From positions 45,573 through 109,572 of the forward strand of contig MAEO01000229.1 of assembly GCA_001683985.1 (NCBI GenBank): a stretch of 64,000 nt of DNA, given 5' to 3'. The translations under genes and the position numbers were made by a program. Below, in pieces: positions 30,175 to 37,168 of the stretch. The notes below the pieces were generated by a model. The model ran no database searches. It was not told the origin of the DNA and worked only from the letters and a program-made list of their open reading frames with translations. Within the stretch, counting starts at the first letter, position 1. Each line of letters starts with the position of its first letter. The stretch is from Smithella sp. M82 (GTDB lineage: Bacteria; Desulfobacterota; Syntrophia; Syntrophales; Smithellaceae).

Positions 30175-31318
30175 ATGAGTAAAAAAATGTCCGTATTGTG
30201 GGTCGAATAAGACAAAAAAGAAGGGATATTATAAGAAGCAAAGACAGCGTTATTTATGTTTGGCATGTGGTCGGCAATTTCAAAATTGCTGTAGTCACAA
30301 ACGATGAGAGAAGACAATTTGGAAACAATATATTTATCAACGTCAGACAATTAATCAACTGGCAGAAAAGTATAAGAGAAGTAGCGACTGGATAAGAGAA
30401 CACCTGAATGACTTTCCTGTAAAAGAACAACTTCATGTTCCTCAACCTATCGTAGCAATTGCAGATGTGACTTTTTTCAAGCGAGAATTTGGCTTATGCG
30501 TTATCAGGGCGCCCCACTTGAAAAAGAATTTATATGTTCAAGAAGTGCAAAGTGAATCTGTTGATGCCTACAGGCAAGGAAGAATTGCTTTAGAGAAAAG
30601 AGGCTACACTATCAAGGCTATCGTCTTGGATGGCAGGCCTGGCGTGAGACAGCTCTTTTCTGATGTTCCCATACAGATGTGTCACTTTCCTCTGAAAATA
30701 CACATCTAAGTTATTGTTTATATGTTATTTAAAAACTATCCTCATCAAATCCCCCTCCATCCCCCTTTTCTCAAGGGGGAAGTTCCCCTCTTGGGCAAAG
30801 AGGACAGGGCCTGAGTTCCCCCCTTTTCTAAAGGGGGGTGAGGGGGGATTTTTATCCTCCTTTGTGACGGCGTGCCGTCATGTGGGTTTCACCAGAAACA
30901 GATCATTACCCGTTACCTTACCAATAATCCTAAATTAGAAGCGGGCATAGAGTTAAAGAAAATTACCGCTACGCTTTGTCAAACGAATGAAAAAGCTTTT
31001 ATATCCGCTATAAATAACTGGCATCAAAAATGGTCATCGTTTTTAAAAGAGAAAACCACCGATTCATTAACCGGCAAATGGTTTTATACGCACAAAAGAC
31101 TTCGTTCCGCTTATCGAAGTTTAAAGATTAACCTGCCTTATTTGTTTGCTTACCAGAGATATTCGGAACTCAATATTCCAAATACCACAAATTCTCTTGA
31201 TGGTTGTTTTGCTTATTTGAAAGAATTGGTAAGAGTTCACCGTGGAATAAATAAAACCCTTAAAAGAAAAATTATTCATGAAATATTGGCAAAATCAGAC
31301 CCCGTTTTTCCGTATTAA
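30175..31318 (+). pseudogene. transposase pseudogene (Zn-ribbon + DDE; family unassigned, with IS1-like organisation and IS256-like motifs)
   Basis: It has three lesions:
- A frame break in an A7 run (30181..30187) between the ATG and the zinc ribbon.
- An in-frame TGA at 30305..30307.
- A 201-bp insertion (30689..30889) splitting the motif IQMCHF|HQKQII.
The remaining segments all share one frame. Motifs include VLDGRPG and NTTNSLDGCFAYLK. Confidence 0.8.
30689..30889. repeat. MITE-like palindromic element nested inside the transposase pseudogene
   Basis: An AT-rich left part is followed by nested hairpins: CCCCCTTTTCTCAAGGGGG, CCTCTTGGGCAAAGAGG and CCCCCCTTTTCTAAAGGGGGG. These are bracketed by AAATCCCCCTC / GAGGGGGGATTT, followed by TGACGGCGTGCCGTCA. 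The boundaries are approximate, to within a few nt. Confidence 0.6.
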
Positions 31319-31447
31319 GCCGGAATTTACATGTTCGACGATTTCAAGGCTATGTTTCTGCACGGCAAGATTCCCTATGAAGAAGCCCAGGAAATGGCTC
31401 CGCTGTGGGTTGAAAAAGAAATTGTCGCCATAAATAAAAAATAGAAA

Positions 31448-31475
31448 TTGACAATTTTGACTCCATTTGTATATT
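31448..31475 (+). promoter_or_regulatory. sigma70-type promoter of the TM1266-like/hydG/hydE operon
   Basis: TTGACA (31448), a 16-nt spacer, then TATATT (31470). Confidence 0.5.
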
Positions 31476-31545
31476 GTCATTACGTGAGCTTAACCTGAGA
31501 GAGAGGGAAATTTTCTGATCTTGAGGGAAAGATAAAATCTTAAGT

Positions 31546-31586
31546 AAAAGAGGTTTGATTTTTTCCCGATCAAACCTCTTTTTTGT
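31546..31586 (+). terminator. intrinsic terminator inside the 5' leader (candidate attenuator)
   Basis: AAAAGAGGTTTGAT, a 9-nt loop, ATCAAACCTCTTTT, then TTG. It ends about 10 nt before the ATG at 31596. Confidence 0.6.
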
Positions 31587-31595
31587 GAGGAATTC

Positions 31596-31844
31596 ATGGA
31601 TAGACGCATCGGCACGGTAACAATTATCATTACCGACAGAACCAGTCAGGCTCAGAAAGTAAACCGGATTCTTTGCGACTGCGGAGAGATAATCATCGGA
31701 CGCATGGGATTGCCCTACGCGCCCGGCAATTTGCACATTATCGCGCTTATCGTTCATGCCACTAATGATGAAATCGGCGCGTTGACCGGTAAGCTCGGCG
31801 CTCTATCCGGAGTTTCCGTCAAATCTTCCCTGATCAAAATCTAA
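31596..31844 (+). CDS. TM1266-like putative iron-only hydrogenase system regulator (ACT-like small protein)
   Basis: 82 aa with IIGRMGLPY and GALTGKLGALSGVSVKS segments characteristic of the family. It sits directly upstream of hydG. Confidence 0.8.
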   Translation: MDRRIGTVTIIITDRTSQAQKVNRILCDCGEIIIGRMGLPYAPGNLHIIALIVHATNDEIGALTGKLGALSGVSVKSSLIKI

Positions 31845-31868
31845 TCAACACCAAGGACAGAAAACGTA

Positions 31869-33263
31869 ATGAAAGATTTTATTAACGACAATTACATTGA
31901 AAATATTCTTAAGCAGGCGAAAAATCCTGACTCGCAACGTGTGCGAGAAATAATAAATAAGGCCTATGAGTTAAAAGGCCTGTCTCCGGGAGATGTCGCC
32001 GTCCTGCTTCAAACCGAAAACGATGAGCTAATCGCTGAAATTTTGCGGGCTGCACATAAGATCAAGAAAGATATCTACGGCAACCGCCTTGTTCTTTTTG
32101 CTCCACTTTATATAGCCAATCATTGCACCAACAACTGTCTGTACTGCGGATTCCGCCGCGACAACAAGGAACTCAACCGCGTGGCTTTGACGATGGAACA
32201 AATTAAAAACGAAGTAAAAGTTTTGGAACGTGAAGGTCACAAACGTCTGCTGATGCTCTGCGGTGAGCATCCTGCCCGCTCCCCACTGGAATACTTTATG
32301 GAGGCCATTGAAACCGCTTATTCCGTAAAAACTGAAAAAGGCGGAGAAATCCGGCGAATTAACGTGGAAATCGCACCGCTGGAAGTAAGCGATTACAGAC
32401 AAATAAAAAAAACCGGCATCGGCACAGTTGTTTTGTTTCAGGAAACATATCATCATAAGACATATAAAACAATGCATCCCCATGGTCCCAAGAAAGATTA
32501 TGCCTGGCGGCTTACCGCGATGCACCGCGCACAGGAAGGAGGCGTTAACGATGTGGGAATCGGTGCGCTGTTCGGGCTCTATGATTACAAATTCGAAGTT
32601 CTGGGATTGCTTTTGCACACCCTGCAACTGGAAAAAGACTGCGGTGTGGGACCTCATACAATTTCTGTCCCCCGACTGGAGCCGGCTTTCAACGCGCCGG
32701 CGGCCATCAAACCGCCCCATCCCGTCAGCGATCATGATTTTAAAAAGCTCGTCGCTATCATTCGCATGGCGGTCCCCTACACGGGAATGATTCTCTCCAC
32801 CAGGGAAACGCCGGAATTGCGTGATGAGATTTTCGCTCTGGGCATCTCCCAGATCAGCGCCGGTTCCAGAACAAATCCCGGCGGCTATCAGGAAAACAGC
32901 AGCGATGCTTTCCGTGCAGCGCAATTTAACCTGGGTGACACCCGCACGCTCGACGAAGTTATTTTGGACATTACCGAACGCGGTCACATTCCCAGCTTCT
33001 GTACGGCGTGCTACCGTCTGGGACGCACGGGAAAGGATTTCATGGATCTGGCCAAGCCGGGATTGATTCAGAAATTCTGCCAGACCAACGCTGTTTTCAC
33101 CTTCAAAGAATATCTGCTGGATTACGCCAGTCCCGTGACCCGTGAGGCGGGAGAAAAACTGATTGAAAAAATGCTGAATGATACTTTTAAAACAAAAAGA
33201 AAGAAAATGGTCTGCGACCGCCTGCAAAAAATCGAGGAAGGCATAAGAGATGTTTATATCTAA
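31869..33263 (+). CDS. hydG: [FeFe]-hydrogenase H-cluster radical SAM maturase HydG
   Basis: 464 aa with the radical SAM motif CTNNCLYCGF and the C-terminal auxiliary cluster motif CTACYRLGRTG...C. Confidence 0.93.
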   Translation: MKDFINDNYIENILKQAKNPDSQRVREIINKAYELKGLSPGDVAVLLQTENDELIAEILRAAHKIKKDIYGNRLVLFAPLYIANHCTNNCLYCGFRRDNKELNRVALTMEQIKNEVKVLEREGHKRLLMLCGEHPARSPLEYFMEAIETAYSVKTEKGGEIRRINVEIAPLEVSDYRQIKKTGIGTVVLFQETYHHKTYKTMHPHGPKKDYAWRLTAMHRAQEGGVNDVGIGALFGLYDYKFEVLGLLLHTLQLEKDCGVGPHTISVPRLEPAFNAPAAIKPPHPVSDHDFKKLVAIIRMAVPYTGMILSTRETPELRDEIFALGISQISAGSRTNPGGYQENSSDAFRAAQFNLGDTRTLDEVILDITERGHIPSFCTACYRLGRTGKDFMDLAKPGLIQKFCQTNAVFTFKEYLLDYASPVTREAGEKLIEKMLNDTFKTKRKKMVCDRLQKIEEGIRDVYI

Positions 33264-34296
33264 ATCAGCAGGAAACCTGATCGACAAAGCTCAAGATGGC
33301 AAGGAATTAAACCGCAAAGAAATTATCCAACTGCTGACCCTTCCGGTTAATTGTTCACCTGAACTTTTCTACGCCGCAGACAAGGTGAGAAAAGAGCAGG
33401 TCGGCGATGAAATATTTCTGCGCGGTATTATTGAATTTTCCAATCACTGTGAAAGGAACTGTCTCTATTGCGGCTTGCGCAGAGGCAATGCCAAACTCAG
33501 CCGCTACCGGATGTCCGAAGATGAAATAATCACCACGGCAAAACAAATCAAAAAAACCGGCATCCCCACGGTGGTATTGCAATCGGGCGAAGATTCTTTT
33601 TACTCCACGGATGTTATCTGCCGCCTGATTGAACGAATCCGGAAAGAAACGGATTTAATTATCACCTTATCCATCGGCGAGCGACCTTTAAACGATTATA
33701 AGGCGTTTCGGCAAACCGGAGCCAACCGATACCTGCTCAAACATGAAACGGCATCAAAGGATCTCTACAAATATCTACGTCCCGGCTGTAACTGGCAAAA
33801 CCGTCTGCAATGTCTTCGCCGCCTGAAGGAACTTGGTTTTGAAACAGGAACAGGAAACATGGTAGGTTTGCCAGGACAAACACTGGAAATTCTGGCGGAT
33901 GATCTGCTCTTTATGAGACAGCTTGATACAGACATGCTGGGTATCGGACCATTTATCGCTCATCCTGAAACGCCGTTTGCCGGCATTGAAAATGATGATA
34001 TTGAGCTGACTTTGCGTGTTTTGGCTATTGCCCGGCTTCTCACGCGCAATACCAATATTCCGGCAACAACTGCTTTAACTACAATTGATCCGCAGGGACG
34101 ACTCTTGGCGCTGAAGGCCGGAGCTAACGTTGTTATGCCTGATTTCACACCAGAAAATTATAAAATTCACTACGAAATTTACCCCGGCCGAACAGACGTC
34201 TGTTCGGCAGCAGAAATCATCAGCAAACTGAAAGAAGATTTTCAGTCGATCGGCAGAACGGTTTTATATTCACCAGGTAATCGTCCCGGAAAATAA
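33250..34296 (+). CDS. hydE: [FeFe]-hydrogenase H-cluster radical SAM maturase HydE
   Basis: 348 aa with CERNCLYCGLRR and a BioB-like fold pattern. It overlaps hydG by 14 nt. Confidence 0.9.
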   Translation: MFISKSAGNLIDKAQDGKELNRKEIIQLLTLPVNCSPELFYAADKVRKEQVGDEIFLRGIIEFSNHCERNCLYCGLRRGNAKLSRYRMSEDEIITTAKQIKKTGIPTVVLQSGEDSFYSTDVICRLIERIRKETDLIITLSIGERPLNDYKAFRQTGANRYLLKHETASKDLYKYLRPGCNWQNRLQCLRRLKELGFETGTGNMVGLPGQTLEILADDLLFMRQLDTDMLGIGPFIAHPETPFAGIENDDIELTLRVLAIARLLTRNTNIPATTALTTIDPQGRLLALKAGANVVMPDFTPENYKIHYEIYPGRTDVCSAAEIISKLKEDFQSIGRTVLYSPGNRPGK

Positions 34297-34316
34297 TTCT
34301 GTAAAATCAGATATAA

Positions 34317-35432
34317 TTACAGTGAACTTATGGCTACCAAATCTTTAACATGAACATGTCTGTTTTCGTCTATAGATAAACCTTCATCGATAAGCTTCAG
34401 CACCAGTGATTTTTCTTCCGGAAACTTATATCCTTCATAATCCTGACGGAAAAGAAGGCCGCTTTGCCGGTTTGCCCATGCATTCATACTGTGATCAAAA
34501 CATACCCTGGACGTGACATTCAACCCGTCAATCATCACCCGCAACTCTTCCAACCGTTCGTGAGGTGAAGAGATGTGCATTCTGCCTTGTTCATAATCTT
34601 CAAAAATTGGTGTACCGCACCGCGGAACAAAAGGCCGCGAACGGATATAGTGCGGATTGATTTCGTTTAAGACTCGAGCTGTATTTTTCGCATGTTGCGG
34701 CCAGTACTCTCTGCCTCCTATATCAGTCATCCAGTATTCGGAAAGCTGAAAACCGGCCGCCATTGCTTTTTTCCCGCCATCAACCTGTTCAGCGCTCGTC
34801 ACACCCTTACGGATAATTTTCAACACTTCATCATCCCCGGTTTCCAAACCCACGTGAACACGATCAAGTCCCGCTTCATGAATAGCTTTCAAATCTTCGA
34901 GCTTTCTCTGCGAAAGCGTTTTCGAACGGGTATATGAAGTTACTCTGGTCAGAGAAGGAAACGTTTTTCGCAAATATTTCAGCGCTTCGACAAATTCCTG
35001 AGGCCTCATAATCATGCTGTCGGCATCCTGAAGAAAAGCCGTTCTGCCACCGTAATAAAGCCAGCTGAATACTGTGGAAAAACAATGATTTTCATCAAGA
35101 TGCGGATTAACGCTCAGAAGCGCGCGAAGAACATCCCTGTTTATGCGGCCTTCCTGTCCAATTTTTCTTGCGACTTCCAATATTTCATCAACTATAATTT
35201 TGACTGTATCAATATCGGCTTTAACATCCTCAACCGAACGATAAATAAAGGAATGACCTTTGTACATTTCGCAAAAAGTGCACTTATTCCAGGGACAATT
35301 TTCGGTAACACGTAATAAAAGAGAACCACTTCCTCCTTCACTCGGGGGACGGTAAACACCTACAGCAAAAGATAATTTGCTGATTTTTTCAACATTGCTC
35401 CGATAAATCTCATTTTCAGCTTTAAAAGCCAT
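34317..35432 (-). CDS. radical SAM-like protein of unknown function
   Basis: 371 aa with the cysteine triad CPWNKCTFC (CX4CX2C) followed by an aromatic residue context (EMY), and a GLETGDDE-type segment. It is convergent with hydE. Confidence 0.65.
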   Translation of the reverse strand: MAFKAENEIYRSNVEKISKLSFAVGVYRPPSEGGSGSLLLRVTENCPWNKCTFCEMYKGHSFIYRSVEDVKADIDTVKIIVDEILEVARKIGQEGRINRDVLRALLSVNPHLDENHCFSTVFSWLYYGGRTAFLQDADSMIMRPQEFVEALKYLRKTFPSLTRVTSYTRSKTLSQRKLEDLKAIHEAGLDRVHVGLETGDDEVLKIIRKGVTSAEQVDGGKKAMAAGFQLSEYWMTDIGGREYWPQHAKNTARVLNEINPHYIRSRPFVPRCGTPIFEDYEQGRMHISSPHERLEELRVMIDGLNVTSRVCFDHSMNAWANRQSGLLFRQDYEGYKFPEEKSLVLKLIDEGLSIDENRHVHVKDLVAISSL

Positions 35433-35725
35433 ATTTGCTCCCTTTTTTAATTAGTTTGATAGATAATATAATACTTCCGGGCTATTTGGCAATATAAGTT
35501 ATTGAAGTTATTTGTGACTCGTAGTTCTCCTGATATATTAAAAAAAAACACTACTTTATGTTTGACAAAATAAGATATTGAAGCTATAAGCTGGTTCAAA
35601 CTGCTAACCAATTTTTATGCTACGCGAAAAATCTATGACTAGGAGTTCGCGCGCTAAAATTGGAAGCGCCATACATGAAAAAATAGTTATGATAAAATTT
35701 TTAAAGCAAGAGAGGAATGGAATTT

Positions 35726-37021
35726 ATGGCAAATGAAAATTTAGAAAGTAAAAGATGGTTGATAGCCGGCGCAGCGGTTGTCATTCAGTTGTGTCTTGGC
35801 ACTGTTTATGCGTGGTCGGTTTTTAAGAATCCTTTGATGAAAATGCATGGTTGGGATGGAAAGACCGTGCAGTATACTTTCATGATCCTCATGGGTATCA
35901 TAGGTTTGGCTGCTGCTTTCGGCGGTACATTAGTTGATAAAAAAGGTCCCCGCTTCGTGGCCACAATCGGTGGTATTCTTTTCGGCATCGGTACTTTAAT
36001 CGCCGGTTATGCCGATCAGGTGGGAAGCATCATGCTGCTTTACCTGGGCTTCGGCGTAATTGCAGCATTGGGAAATGGTTTTGGTTATGTTACTCCTATT
36101 GCCACACTGATTCGCTGGTTCCCGGATAAACGCGGTCTGGTTACCGGTCTGGCTGTTATGGGTTTTGGCGCAGGTGCTTTCTTTATGGGTAAAATCGCTC
36201 CAGCCATGATTAAATCCTTTCAGCAACTTGATCCCACTGGAACAGTAATCGCTTCCGGTGTTTCCACTACCTGGTACATATGGGGCGTCATCTTCCTTGT
36301 TCTCGTAACCGGTTCCGCCCAGATGTTTAAAAATCCCCCCGCAGGCTGGTTGCCTAAAGGTTTCACCCCGGCTAAAACGACAGTTTCCGCGGCCGATTCC
36401 TTCACCTTCGGCGAAGCCGTGAAAACTCCTCAATGGTGGATGCTCTGGTCAATGCTTTGTCTCAATGTTTCCGCAGGTCTTGGCCTCATTTCCCAGCATT
36501 CACCTCTAGCCCAGGACATCTACAAAAAAACAATGGGTTTAACAGGTGACTTAACTCCGGAGCAAGTGGCTATCGTAGCAGCCGCCGGTGGTACAGTTGT
36601 CGCCTATGCAGCAATATTCAATGGTCTGGGAAGACTTTTCTGGGCAAAAATATCCGATAATATCGGACGCAAAATGGTCTTCTTGATAATGTTTGCGACA
36701 CAGGCCATTCTTTATGTTCTGGTAGCAAAAGGGCTTGTTGCAACTTACTGGCCTTTCATTATAGCTTCCTGCTATCTTCTTGCCTGTTACGGCGGTGGAT
36801 TCGCTACTATGCCTGCATTTGCCGCTGACGCATTCGGTCCGGCATACATCGGCAAAGTATATGGCTTTATGCTGACTGCATGGAGTACAGCGGGCGTTAT
36901 TGGTCCTTTTGTGTTTGAAGCCTTCAAACCGCAGGCGCTGATGATTGCTGCCGGTCTTTTAACAGCAGGTTTCTGCATAGCCCTGGTTTACAAAGCACCT
37001 CAAGGAAAAAAATCTAAGTAA
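35726..37021 (+). CDS. MFS transporter, oxalate/formate antiporter (OFA)-like
   Basis: About 431 aa with 12 predicted TM segments and the N-terminal RWLIAGAAVVIQLCLGTVYAWSVF pattern typical of the OFA family. The start at 35726 has better spacing from GAGAGGA. Confidence 0.8.
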   Translation: MANENLESKRWLIAGAAVVIQLCLGTVYAWSVFKNPLMKMHGWDGKTVQYTFMILMGIIGLAAAFGGTLVDKKGPRFVATIGGILFGIGTLIAGYADQVGSIMLLYLGFGVIAALGNGFGYVTPIATLIRWFPDKRGLVTGLAVMGFGAGAFFMGKIAPAMIKSFQQLDPTGTVIASGVSTTWYIWGVIFLVLVTGSAQMFKNPPAGWLPKGFTPAKTTVSAADSFTFGEAVKTPQWWMLWSMLCLNVSAGLGLISQHSPLAQDIYKKTMGLTGDLTPEQVAIVAAAGGTVVAYAAIFNGLGRLFWAKISDNIGRKMVFLIMFATQAILYVLVAKGLVATYWPFIIASCYLLACYGGGFATMPAFAADAFGPAYIGKVYGFMLTAWSTAGVIGPFVFEAFKPQALMIAAGLLTAGFCIALVYKAPQGKKSK

Positions 37022-37045
37022 ACTATTTTTTTCTTATCCAAAGAT

Positions 37046-37082
37046 AAAAGCCCCTTCAACTTAAGAAACTGAAGGGGCTTTT
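37046..37082. terminator. bidirectional intrinsic terminator between convergent genes
   Basis: AAAAGCCCCTTCA, an 11-nt loop, TGAAGGGGCTTTT. The A and T tracts on either side let it work on both strands. Confidence 0.6.
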
Positions 37083-37168
37083 CTATCACTGCCTAAATTC
37101 TGACAAATAATAACTAATAGCATCTTTTAAATATTTTATTTCTTTTCAGCAGGATAAAGTCAGGTTTA

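Larger units (their letters stand above)
30086..31321 (+). mobile_element. decayed insertion sequence with perfect 23-bp terminal inverted repeats
   Basis: Left IR GGCTTAATACGGAAAAACGGGGT (30086..30108) is the exact reverse complement of the right IR (31299..31321). Internally there is a Zn-ribbon (CPYCGS...CLACG), an HTH-like segment and a DDE-like transposase reading frame whose stop lies inside the right IR. I see no flanking target-site duplication. Confidence 0.85.

Noticed and set aside
30305-30307. In-frame TGA in the transposase frame, as possible selenocysteine or programmed read-through
   Set aside because: I see no SECIS-like hairpin immediately downstream. The gene also carries a homopolymer frameshift and a 201-bp insertion, so simple pseudogenisation is the economical explanation.
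30714-30938. 74-aa ORF (…PLFSRGKFPSWAKRTGPEFPPFLKGGEGGF…)
   Set aside because: It is a translation of the G/C-run hairpins of the nested palindromic element, not a gene.
32028-33287. 419-aa ORF antisense to almost the whole of hydG
   Set aside because: It overlaps a gene with unmistakable HydG motifs on the other strand. Its own translation is low-complexity with no motifs. Long stop-free antisense frames are a common by-product of codon bias in GC-richer genes.
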